A stretch of 32,000 nt of DNA from Gemmata obscuriglobus. GTDB lineage: Bacteria; Planctomycetota; Planctomycetia; Gemmatales; Gemmataceae. Numbering within the stretch: the stretch's first letter is position 1; each line of letters starts with the position of its first letter. The position numbers and the translations under genes are program-made. The notes beneath the pieces were generated by a model, which was not told the origin of the DNA, ran no database searches, and saw nothing but the letters and a program-made list of their open reading frames with translations. The stretch lies in assembly GCF_008065095.1 (NCBI RefSeq), contig NZ_CP042911.1, positions 2,010,001 to 2,042,000 on the forward strand. The letters are read 5' to 3'. Positions 18,853 through 26,362 of the stretch are shown piece after piece.

Positions 18853-18980
18853 GGCGCCCTGTGCTACGCCCGGCGACTCCTCCGGGGTGTTAAAGGCACG
18901 CAAGCGGCGCCGCGTACGGTTGTTTTTCCGCCCCGGAGGGGCCGGCGGATGTAGCACAGGGCGGGAGCCCTGTGCGTCAT
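18853..18980. repeat. Right REP doublet (self-complementary REPIN-like palindrome)
   Basis: cgccctgtgctac (about 18855-18867) pairs with gtagcacagggcg (about 18950-18962). The outer arm is an inverted copy of 18203-18276. Confidence 0.75.
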
Positions 18981-18993
18981 GAGGTGTGAGTCG

Positions 18994-20007
18994 ATGCAGA
19001 AGGTGAAGGTCGCGGTTCTGGGCGGGTCCGGGTACACCGCGGTGGAACTCATCAAGTTGCTGCTGCGGCACCCGGGCGCGGAGATCGCCGCGGTCACCTC
19101 GCGACAGGCCGAACACGTTGCGGACCTGCACCCGTCCCTGCTCGGCCGTCTCGACCTCCAGTGCGAGCCGTTCGATCCCGACGCGCTGAAGGCGAAGGGC
19201 GTGCAGGTGGCGTTCGGGTGCCTGCCGCACGGCACCAGCATGGAGAGCATCCCGCCGCTGCTGGACCGTGGCATCCGGGTGATCGACCTGAGCGCCGACT
19301 ACCGCCTGCGTGACGCGACCGTTTACCAGGAGTGGTACAAGGAGACTCACCACGACGCCGAGAACCTCGCGCACGCCGTCTACGGTCTGCCGGAGGTGTA
19401 CGGCGACACACTCGCGGGCGCGCGGCTCATTGCCAACCCCGGCTGCTACCCCCAGACCGCGATCCTGGGGCTCGCGCCTCTCGTGGCGAACAAGCTGATC
19501 GAGCTGTCCGGGATCGTGATCGACAGCAAGAGCGGCGTCAGCGGCGCCGGGCGCACGCCGAAGCTCACCACACACTTCCCGGAGTGTAACGAGAGCGTCT
19601 CGGCGTACTCGGTCGGCACCCACCGGCACACGCCGGAGATCGAGCAGGCCCTTGGCGACATCGCGGGTGCCGCGGTGTCGGTGATCTTCACCCCACACCT
19701 GATGCCGATGGACCGCGGCATCTTCAGCACCATTTACGCAACCCCCACGAAGCCGGTGAGCGAGGCCGAGCTAACGGCACTGTACCGCGGCTACTTCGCG
19801 GGCAAGCCGTTCGTGCGGGTGCGCACCGCGCCGCCCGCGACGAAGGACACGACCGGTACGAACTTCCTCGACGTGTGCGTGAAGGTGGTGCGGGGTAAAG
19901 TGCTGGTGCTCGCGGCCGAGGACAACCTGATCCGCGGCGCGAGCGGGGTGGCGGTCCAGAACTTCAACCGCGTGTTCGGGTTCCCGGAGACGACAGGGCT
20001 TCTGTAA
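18994..20007 (+). CDS. argC: N-acetyl-gamma-glutamyl-phosphate reductase
   Basis: MQKVKVAVLGGSGYTAVELIKLLLRHP (NAD-binding GxGxxG), the active-site Cys in ANPGCYPQTAILGLAPL, and GVSGAG. The ORF track start at 18979 lies inside the REP repeat, so ATG 18994 is preferred. Confidence 0.93.
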   Translation: MQKVKVAVLGGSGYTAVELIKLLLRHPGAEIAAVTSRQAEHVADLHPSLLGRLDLQCEPFDPDALKAKGVQVAFGCLPHGTSMESIPPLLDRGIRVIDLSADYRLRDATVYQEWYKETHHDAENLAHAVYGLPEVYGDTLAGARLIANPGCYPQTAILGLAPLVANKLIELSGIVIDSKSGVSGAGRTPKLTTHFPECNESVSAYSVGTHRHTPEIEQALGDIAGAAVSVIFTPHLMPMDRGIFSTIYATPTKPVSEAELTALYRGYFAGKPFVRVRTAPPATKDTTGTNFLDVCVKVVRGKVLVLAAEDNLIRGASGVAVQNFNRVFGFPETTGLL

Positions 20008-20804
20008 TGGACCTGCTGGCGCAACACGAGGCGTTCCTGCGGGCGATCTACGATACGCCCGACGATGACACCCCGCGCCTCGTGTACGCGGATTTCCTCC
20101 AAGAGAACGGCGAAGAGGAGCGGGCGCAGTTCGTTCGCGTGCAGTGCGAACTGGCGGCCAAGAAGGGACAGCCCGAACACTTCGATCGGTTGTGGGAACT
20201 GGTCGAACAAGAGCGAACCTTGGCCGGTCGCTTACACCCCGAGCTACGGTATCTGGAGTCTCACGAACGGGAGCAATTTTGTCTCCAATTCGTTAGGGGG
20301 TTCCGGCCGGCGGGTGGCACCATTGTCGTCTCGGCGCCGCTCCTCGCGCACGCGACCGAGGAGCGGTGGCGGATCGTGCGGAGCGAGCCGGAGGCGTTCG
20401 GCGCGCGGACCCTGGCCGTCGGGGGCGGGCTCGTGCGCCCGGAGCACATCGACACGCTGTTCGCTCTGCCCGCGGCCCAGCGCATCACCGAATGGGGGCT
20501 CGGCGGGCACGTGCGCGAGGAGCGGTCGCACAGCGGCGCCGGCGCGTTCGACCTGATCGACATGGTTCAGCAGCCGGTCATCACGACCGCCGGCGTCGAG
20601 GCGCTGGCGCGGCACAAGGGCGCGCGGCGCATAACCGAACTCGACCTCCGCAACAACAACCTCGACAACGACGCGGCGCGGGCGCTCGTCCGGGCGCCGT
20701 ACCTCGACAACCTGAAGCGCCTTCAGTTGCTCGAAGGGAACCGGTTCCGGGGGGCGGTGTGGCAGCAGGTGATCGCGCGGTTCGGCGAGGACGCGGTGGG
20801 GTAG
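20007..20804 (+). CDS. TIGR02996 'repeat-companion' domain protein with C-terminal leucine-rich repeats
   Basis: The N-terminus HEAFLRAIYDTPDDDTPRLVYADFLQENGEEERAQFVRVQCEL is the TIGR02996 signature. The C-terminus has ELDLRNNNLDNDAARALVRAPYLDNLKRLQLLEGN. The start overlaps the argC stop (TAATG). Confidence 0.85.
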   Translation: MDLLAQHEAFLRAIYDTPDDDTPRLVYADFLQENGEEERAQFVRVQCELAAKKGQPEHFDRLWELVEQERTLAGRLHPELRYLESHEREQFCLQFVRGFRPAGGTIVVSAPLLAHATEERWRIVRSEPEAFGARTLAVGGGLVRPEHIDTLFALPAAQRITEWGLGGHVREERSHSGAGAFDLIDMVQQPVITTAGVEALARHKGARRITELDLRNNNLDNDAARALVRAPYLDNLKRLQLLEGNRFRGAVWQQVIARFGEDAVG

Positions 20805-20829
20805 CGCCGCCGGTACGAAAGGGGTTCCG

Positions 20830-21504
20830 ATGAAGTGGCTCGTACTCGCGCTTTCGGTCGCGGTCGCTCCGCTCGCGGTGTCGGCCGCCGAGCCGAAACT
20901 GTCCGCGAAGGTGGAGAAGGTGGCGCCGCCGGACGCACTTGCGGAACCGGTCCGCAAGCTCCTCGACGAGCAGGCGCTGGTCGTCCGGGACGGCGACACC
21001 GAACTCATGACCGTGTGGTTCCGCACCGAGATCCCGGCGAAGGCTACCGAGGAGCAGATCAAGAACGGACTCACCTACCGAGAGATTTCCGAGGGGACGC
21101 TCGTCGGAGCGGTCCGGTTCCCGGAGAAGTTCACCGACTTCCGCAAGCAGGAGATCGCGGCCGGCGTGTACACGCTGCGGTTCGCCGTGCAACCCGACAT
21201 CGGCGACCACACGGGCACCAGCCCGCACCCCGAATTCTGCCTCATGAGTCAGGCGAAGGAGGACGGGCGTGCGGACGCGGTCGAGCCGAAAAAGCTGATC
21301 GAGATGAGCAGCCTGGTGAACGAGGGGAAGCACCCCGCGGTGCTGCTGATGTGGCCGAACAACGGGAAGGACGCCGCCCGCGTGCAGGTGGTCAGCAAGG
21401 GGAACGGCGTGTACGCCGCGACCGTCCAGCGGGCACTGGTTGCGGACGGGAAGAAGGCACAGCTCGGGTTCGCCGTGACTGTTGCCGGTGTGCGGAACGA
21501 GTAA
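20830..21504 (+). CDS. Secreted hypothetical protein
   Basis: 224 aa with a cleavable signal peptide (MKWLVLALSVAVAPLAVSAAEP). Coding-like composition. No family recognised. Confidence 0.7.
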   Translation: MKWLVLALSVAVAPLAVSAAEPKLSAKVEKVAPPDALAEPVRKLLDEQALVVRDGDTELMTVWFRTEIPAKATEEQIKNGLTYREISEGTLVGAVRFPEKFTDFRKQEIAAGVYTLRFAVQPDIGDHTGTSPHPEFCLMSQAKEDGRADAVEPKKLIEMSSLVNEGKHPAVLLMWPNNGKDAARVQVVSKGNGVYAATVQRALVADGKKAQLGFAVTVAGVRNE

Positions 21505-21508
21505 AGTC

Positions 21509-21724
21509 AGGTTGGCCACAAAAACGCACAACCGAAGACAGAAGAGAGATTGGCCACAAAAAAGCACAAAGGGCACAAAAAAAGACAGAAGAGAGATTGG
21601 CCGCAAAAGCACAAAAAGAACAAAATAAGACAGAAGATAAAAGCAACGTGGCGCGTTTGAACACTTCTCTTCTGTCTTGGTATTCCGTCTTCTTTTGTGC
21701 CCTTTGTGCTTTTTTGTGGCCAAC
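21509..21724. repeat. Composite T-free repeat array: three direct units plus one inverted unit (GGCCACAAAAAGCACAAAGGGCACAAAA family)
   Basis: Direct units start at 21512, 21550 and 21597 (ttggcc[a/g]caaaa...gacagaaga). The inverted unit at 21665-21724 is the reverse complement of ggttggccacaaaaaagcacaaagggcacaaaagaagac...gacagaagagaa. The array fills the gap between convergent genes. Confidence 0.85.
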
Positions 21725-21745
21725 CTGCCTCTATAACTAATTGTC

Positions 21746-23971
21746 TCACTCTTTCTTGAGTGAGGCGGGCTTCCAGTTCAGCCCGATGGCCACGCCGCGT
21801 TCCTGCTTCGCCTGGATCGCCCATGGCGAGCCCTTGTACTTCGTCACGATCTCGCCGAACAGGGCTTGCGCCTCTTCGGCAATCTTCTTCACCTCTTTAC
21901 CGCTCCGGAGCGTGTCGGCCGCCACCAGCGTGTACCCGTCCTGGCCCAGCTTCGGGTCGAGCGCCGGTACCGATTCGGTTACCAGGTTCCCGAGGAGTTT
22001 GTTGTACTCGTTCATGTACGCGAGCCGGGCCTTCAGCACGGCCAGCGCGAAGTCGTAGTGGGCCTGCCACCGCTTGCTCGGCTCTTCTTTGCGGGCGTCG
22101 GTCAGCCCCTCCAGCTTGATCAGCTCCAGTTCCAGTTCGGCGATGCTGACGGCCCAGAACTCTTGCTCCTTCTTCACGGCGGCCTTGAGGTTGTCGTTGA
22201 TCGACCCGGTGATGGTGTCGCGGATGCGCGTCGCGCCGGCGCCCGGCGCCCACATCTGCCGCAACTTGCCGAACACCTCCAGCACCGCCACCCGGAGGGG
22301 GTACTTCTCCTTGTCCGCCATCACGTCGGCGATCTTCACGTCCTCGGCGTAGTCCTTCATCACGTCGGCGGGGAACGGGAAGTCGGCCAGCCCGATCTCG
22401 CTTAGGCCCGGGCGCAGCGGCGGCAGGGCGAGTTCGCGTTCCACCGATTTGACCTCGGCCGGTGAAGCCCCTTTCGGCGCCTGGGGCAGGTCGAAGCGGG
22501 CGGCGACCTTCTCGGCCGGGTCGGGTGGGGCCAGCGTCGCCGGGGCGGCCCCGGTGAGCGTCACCGTTTGCTTGCCGCCGCTGCCGGACTTCTCGGCGAT
22601 GTCGCAGATCTCGTTGGTTCGCTTGGCGACGGCCGGGTGCCAGTCGTCGATCGGGAGCGGGTCCGCCGGAGTCGGGGGCGTTTTGGCGAGGCGGGCGTTG
22701 GCGACGAACCGGGCGGCTTCGAGGAACGCGCTGCCGCTGTACATCGGCCCCGCGAAGCCGTCGGGCCGCAACTGGGTCAGTTCCAGCGCGTTCTCGCCGG
22801 CCTTGCAGGTGGTCACGACCTGAACGCCGGCCGGCGGGGTGGTGAGCGCCTTGAACAGGCCCGCGCTCATGGGCTCGGACCCGGGCCGCACCTTGCCCTT
22901 CTCGGGGTTCAGCCGGCACACGTCCCACACCACCACCTTTTGCGCCGCCTTGCACTTCTTTAGCTCGTCGTAAAAGTGGTCCAGTGGGATCACGGTCTTC
23001 TGCCAGTCGTCGCCGTCGAGTTCGGCCTCGATCGGGGCGAGGTACGCCTTACCGTCCTTCTCGATCGCGTGCCCGCCGAAGTAGATGAAGACGCGGTCCT
23101 GGGCGCGGGAGGTCTTGAAGAACTCCTGGTAGGTGCCCTGGACCACGTTTTTCATTGGGAGCCGCTCGTTTTTGCCGGTCGCCGTGTCGGACAGCACGAA
23201 CGTCTGGTCGTTGTCCTTGTCGCGGGGCACGCGCCAGTTGAACGCCATGTTGTTGGCGACCCCGGCCGGGCGGTCTGTGGCCCCGCCCGCGACCCCGGCG
23301 GTGAGCGGGTTCAGGTACATGTATTTGGTGACGGAGATGAACAGCATCCGCCGCGGCAAGGTGGCGTTGGCCCCCTTCGAGGGGCCGGAGCCGCCGGGCG
23401 CTGTGCCGGGGGATTGTCCCGTGCCCGGGGGCGGATCGGAGGCGTCTTTCCCGGGCTCTTTGTTCTTATTGTTGATGGCGAGTAGGTCGCCGATCGCTTG
23501 TTCGCCGTAGAGGATGCCCGCGCCGACGAGCCCTGCGGCCAGCACAAAAAACAGCGCGACCCCAATGAGGGCGCCCGAGCCGCGGTTGCGCCTCCTGGCC
23601 CGGACCGCAACGCCGCCCTCGGCGGGGTCCAGATCGAACGCGTGATCCGACGCGGACGGCCGGGCGGTTTTCGGCTTCGCCCGGCGCGCCGGGCGGTCCG
23701 GGTCCACTGGCGTGTTGGGCACGGGTTGGGCCACCAGAACGGGTGGTGGGTAGCCCAGCGGAAGCGGGTAAGCTGCCGCCGAGAGGCCGTTCGTCTCGTA
23801 GGCCGGGACGGGGACCGGCTGTGGGAGCACGCCGGGTGTGAGTGGGACTTTGGTCGTCGCCCGGATCAGTGCTCCGCACTTCTTGCACTTCACCGTCTGG
23901 CCGATCCACCGAGCCGGGATGTTCAGTGCGTTCTGGCACTTCGGGCAGGTGGCTCGCACGGCCGATTCCAT
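21746..23971 (-). CDS. Zinc-ribbon / proline-rich linker / TM helix / caspase-like (peptidase C14-like) domain protein
   Basis: 741 aa. N-terminal CPKCQN...VKCKKCGA zinc ribbon. TM helix ALIGVALFFVLAAGLVGAGILY. Then RRMLFISVTKYMYLNPL...DRVFIYFGGHAIEKDGKAYLAPIEA...KVVVWDVCRLNPEKG resembles the His/Cys dyad blocks of bacterial caspase homologs. The roughly 330-aa C-terminal region is unassigned. Confidence 0.75.
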   Translation of the reverse strand: MESAVRATCPKCQNALNIPARWIGQTVKCKKCGALIRATTKVPLTPGVLPQPVPVPAYETNGLSAAAYPLPLGYPPPVLVAQPVPNTPVDPDRPARRAKPKTARPSASDHAFDLDPAEGGVAVRARRRNRGSGALIGVALFFVLAAGLVGAGILYGEQAIGDLLAINNKNKEPGKDASDPPPGTGQSPGTAPGGSGPSKGANATLPRRMLFISVTKYMYLNPLTAGVAGGATDRPAGVANNMAFNWRVPRDKDNDQTFVLSDTATGKNERLPMKNVVQGTYQEFFKTSRAQDRVFIYFGGHAIEKDGKAYLAPIEAELDGDDWQKTVIPLDHFYDELKKCKAAQKVVVWDVCRLNPEKGKVRPGSEPMSAGLFKALTTPPAGVQVVTTCKAGENALELTQLRPDGFAGPMYSGSAFLEAARFVANARLAKTPPTPADPLPIDDWHPAVAKRTNEICDIAEKSGSGGKQTVTLTGAAPATLAPPDPAEKVAARFDLPQAPKGASPAEVKSVERELALPPLRPGLSEIGLADFPFPADVMKDYAEDVKIADVMADKEKYPLRVAVLEVFGKLRQMWAPGAGATRIRDTITGSINDNLKAAVKKEQEFWAVSIAELELELIKLEGLTDARKEEPSKRWQAHYDFALAVLKARLAYMNEYNKLLGNLVTESVPALDPKLGQDGYTLVAADTLRSGKEVKKIAEEAQALFGEIVTKYKGSPWAIQAKQERGVAIGLNWKPASLKKE

Positions 23972-24281
23972 CGTGTCCCCTCCGGCGGCGGCCGCTCGCG
24001 CCAGCGGCAGTCGTGCCTTTTATCTAGAGGATACTTTACCAGATCCGGTTCCGTAAAGTCGTTCGCCGCGCGGGCCGGTCGTGTCCCGTTCGCGCCCCGA
24101 AATAAAACCCGCGCCGCGGGACAAACGGATCGGTGCTTGCCGGACGGCGGCCCACCCGACATTCTGACTGAGTAGGGGTGAACGTTGTAACATCCCGGAT
24201 GCGAATACCGTTGCTTCGCCTTGCCGAGTTCCGCGGCGGTGGCCGCTGTTCCGGCGCCCGCCCGTCACGCGAGGGTTTCTG

Positions 24282-25298
24282 ATGCAGATCGTGCTGATCG
24301 AAGGCGACGGGATCGGGCCGGAGGTGACCCAGGCGGCGTGCCGGGTGGTCGCCGCGGCCGGGGTCAAGATCGACTGGGTGAAGGCGCCGGCGGGCATCCC
24401 GGCCGCGGAGCAGTTCGGCGAGCCGCTGCCGGAAGAGACGCTGGAGATGATCCGGCGCTACCGGGTGGCGCTGAAGGGGCCGTGCACCACCCCCATCGGG
24501 AAGGGCTACCGCTCGATCAACGTCCGCCTGCGCCAGGGGCTGGAACTGTTCGCCAGCGTGCGCGCGGTCAACACGCTCCCCGGCATCAACACACCATACG
24601 AGAAGGTGGACCTCATCGTCGTTCGCGAGAACACCGAGGGGCTCTACGCCGGGATGGAGCACGAGGTGGTGCCCGGGGTGGTGGAGAGCGTGCGGCTCGT
24701 GACCCGGGCGGCCGCGGAGCGGATCGTGCAGTTCGCGTTCGAACTGGCGCGGCACCGCGGCCGGCGGATGGTGACGTTCTGCCACAAGGCCGACGTGATG
24801 CGGCTGTCGGACGGGCTGTTCCTCGAGGTGGCGCGAACGGTGGCCGAGGACTACCCGTTCATCCAGTTCGAGGAGAAGCCGATCGACAACGTTTGCCTGG
24901 AACTGGCGATGGACCCGTCGGGGTTCGACGTGCTCGTCATGGAGAACCTGTTCGGCGACGTGATTTCGGACCTCGCGGCGGGGTTGATCGGCGGTCCCGG
25001 GCCGGGGGGCGGGCTGGGGCTCGTTCCGGGCGCGAACTTCGGCAATCGGTTCGCGGTGTTCGAGGCCGTTCACGGCAGCGCGCCGGACATCGCGGGGAAG
25101 GGGATCGCGAACCCGATCGCGTGCATCCGCAGCGCGGCTCTGCTGCTGGAGCACGTGGGGCACCGCGCCGCCGGGGAGCGGATCGAGCACGCGGTGGTCA
25201 AGACGCTCCAGGTGGGCGAGGGACTGACCCGCGACCTGGGCGGCACCGGCACCACCGCGACCATCACCGAGCAGATCATCAAGAATTTGGGGGCGTAG
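24282..25298 (+). CDS. Isocitrate/isopropylmalate dehydrogenase family enzyme, NAD-dependent isocitrate dehydrogenase-like
   Basis: 338 aa. IVLIEGDGIGPEV, ALKGPCTTPIGKGYRSINVRLRQGLELFASVR, VVRENTEGLYAG, NLFGDVISDLAAGL, AVFEAVHGSAPDIAGKGIANP. Confidence 0.9.
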   Translation: MQIVLIEGDGIGPEVTQAACRVVAAAGVKIDWVKAPAGIPAAEQFGEPLPEETLEMIRRYRVALKGPCTTPIGKGYRSINVRLRQGLELFASVRAVNTLPGINTPYEKVDLIVVRENTEGLYAGMEHEVVPGVVESVRLVTRAAAERIVQFAFELARHRGRRMVTFCHKADVMRLSDGLFLEVARTVAEDYPFIQFEEKPIDNVCLELAMDPSGFDVLVMENLFGDVISDLAAGLIGGPGPGGGLGLVPGANFGNRFAVFEAVHGSAPDIAGKGIANPIACIRSAALLLEHVGHRAAGERIEHAVVKTLQVGEGLTRDLGGTGTTATITEQIIKNLGA

Positions 25299-25373
25299 CG
25301 AAGGCACCGGCCTGCGGTTGCGGTGTTGAATCGCTCGCGAAGAACACGGGAGGGTACCAATCGGCCCGGTGCT

Positions 25374-25686
25374 TCAGTCGTGAGCGGTGAGCTGACTGAG
25401 GTTCCGTCGCCCGCGAACGATGTGAAGGACTTCAATTCCGGTCGCGGTCGGGAGATAGAGTACCACGAACTTGAGGGTAGGAACTGACGGTGGTGGCGCG
25501 GAGCTGTCTGAGGTGCGGGTTCCGGACCCGCATCCGCGCTCCCGAGAGCGGCAGCGCTTCGAGCCGCTCGAGCGTGCGCTGAACGGCGTCTTGCAGGTCG
25601 TCGGCAGCCCGCGGGTTCGCGGTCCGAATGTCGGTAAGCAGGTCGAGCAATTCCAGGCGTGCTTGTGGGCGAAAATCGATGCTCAT
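25374..25686 (-). pseudogene. parE: ParE/RelE-family toxin gene interrupted by a +1 frameshift
   Basis: Frame A (25686-25432) gives MSIDFRPQARLELLDLLTDIRTANPRAADDLQDAVQRTLERLEALPLSGARMRVRNPHLRQLRATTVSSYPQ... and then nonsense. The canonical ParE C-terminus LKFVVLYLPTATGIEVLHIVRGRRNLSQLTAHD* reads in the next frame, down to TGA 25374-25376. The switch lies near the tacCCTc run at about 25470. Confidence 0.7.
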
Positions 25687-25967
25687 GGCTGCTCGGGCTT
25701 ACTTGCCGCCCGGGCGATCGACGCCTGCCGCAGTTCGTTCCAGAACTCCGGCGTCGCCCGTACTGGTGGGCCACTGGTGAGAGACGCGAGCAATTTCGTC
25801 TCCAGTTCGGCCGGGCTCGCGAACCCGAGGGCCTCGGGCGTCATGTCTTCTTGTGCCTCCGGACGCTGGACGAGCCAGCAGACGTACTCCGAAACGGTGG
25901 CGAAACCCGCAGAGCGGGTTTTACGCTCCAACTCGTCCTTCAACTCGTCTGGCAGTGTGATTGTCAT
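25683..25967 (-). CDS. parD: Ribbon-helix-helix antitoxin (ParD/CopG-like)
   Basis: The 94 aa begin MTITLPDELKDELERKTRSAGFATVSEYVCWLV (RHH pattern). GAGGGGAG lies upstream of ATG 25967. ATGA overlap with the toxin start at 25683-25686. The rest of the 220-aa track ORF upstream looks non-coding. Confidence 0.75.
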   Translation of the reverse strand: MTITLPDELKDELERKTRSAGFATVSEYVCWLVQRPEAQEDMTPEALGFASPAELETKLLASLTSGPPVRATPEFWNELRQASIARAASKPEQP

Positions 25968-26116
25968 TTGTGCTCCCCTCACGTCACGATACCCGTTTTG
26001 TGGGCACGCGGTCAATCGGCGTGCTTCTGAGCAGGCGGCCGTGGTTGCGCTGCGCTTTTTACAAGCTGCGACTGCAAGCGAGCGGGCGAGCGAGTACCAC
26101 TTGACGAGGCTCACGG

Positions 26117-26204
26117 CAGATTTTGACAGGATCGACACGATGAACAGGATTTCAAAACGACCGACCTTACGTCCGGTAAATCCTGTCGATCCTGTCAAAA
26201 TCTG
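26117..26204. repeat. Imperfect inverted repeat (GACAGGATCGACAGGATTT family) in a divergent intergenic region
   Basis: cagattttgacaggatcgaca (26117-26137) is the exact reverse complement of tgtcgatcctgtcaaaatctg (26184-26204). caggattt (26145-26152) also pairs with aaatcctg (26178-26185). The right arm contains the tandem 9-mers tcctgtcga/tcctgtcaa. Confidence 0.8.
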
Positions 26205-26362
26205 TCTTTGTGAATACGAGACCCACATGGGCCGAAGCGGGGCGACGGACGCCCGTCGCCCCGCCACCAGTTCCAAGGCTCGGCGGGGCTTCTCAAATCC
26301 CGCAGAGCGACCTACGAACAAGACGGTAGATCGTGGGCGCCACACAGTGAAGTGAGGGGGCG

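Larger units (their letters stand above)
18203..18980 (+). mobile_element. REP/RAYT unit: an IS200-like Y1 transposase gene bracketed by inverted REP doublets
   Basis: The outer 74 nt, 18203-18276 (atgacgcacagggctcccgccctgtgctacgtccgccggcccctccggggcggaaagacaaccgtacgcggcgc), match the reverse complement of 18907-18980 with 2 mismatches. Inner degenerate half-copies are present on both sides. Confidence 0.8.

Noticed and set aside
18799-19698. 299-aa minus-strand ORF antisense to argC. Similar long antisense ORFs: 4741..5553 (+), 30080..31015 (-), 30846..31415 (-), 21897..22955 (-), 6730..7347 (-), 17603..18280 (-)
   Set aside because: Each lies opposite or out of frame to a gene with strong family motifs, and each has shadow-ORF composition.
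20581-21723. 380-aa minus-strand ORF overlapping the TIGR02996/LRR and secreted-protein genes and running through the repeat array
   Set aside because: It is antisense to two well-supported plus-strand genes. It is Arg/Pro/His-rich with low-complexity composition. Its N-terminal part exists only because the T-free repeat strand cannot encode stops. This is a typical high-GC shadow ORF.
21509-21724. Possible CRISPR arrays, here and at 31779..31995
   Set aside because: There are only 2-3 direct units, with variable length in the first array. There are no unique spacers of regular size between repeats, an inverted copy is present, and no cas genes are in the window.
24990-25025. Gly/Pro-rich insertion (GGPGPGGGLGL) in the dehydrogenase substrate loop
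   Set aside because: It looks like about 6 extra residues compared with the usual GGLGL motif as I remember it. Without an alignment I cannot exclude normal family variation. It is in frame and not disruptive.
24036-25307. 423-aa minus-strand ORF and 389-aa plus-strand ORF (24221..25390) overlapping the dehydrogenase gene
   Set aside because: The 24282..25298 frame carries unmistakable isocitrate/isopropylmalate dehydrogenase motifs. The alternatives are Arg/Pro/Gly-rich with no recognisable domains.
25471-26355. 294-aa plus-strand ORF and the 220-aa minus-strand ORF 25683..26345 spanning the parDE region and its upstream spacer
   Set aside because: Only the last 94 codons of the minus ORF look like a real RHH antitoxin with an SD. 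The rest crosses the inverted repeat and non-coding DNA. The plus ORF is antisense to the TA pair.
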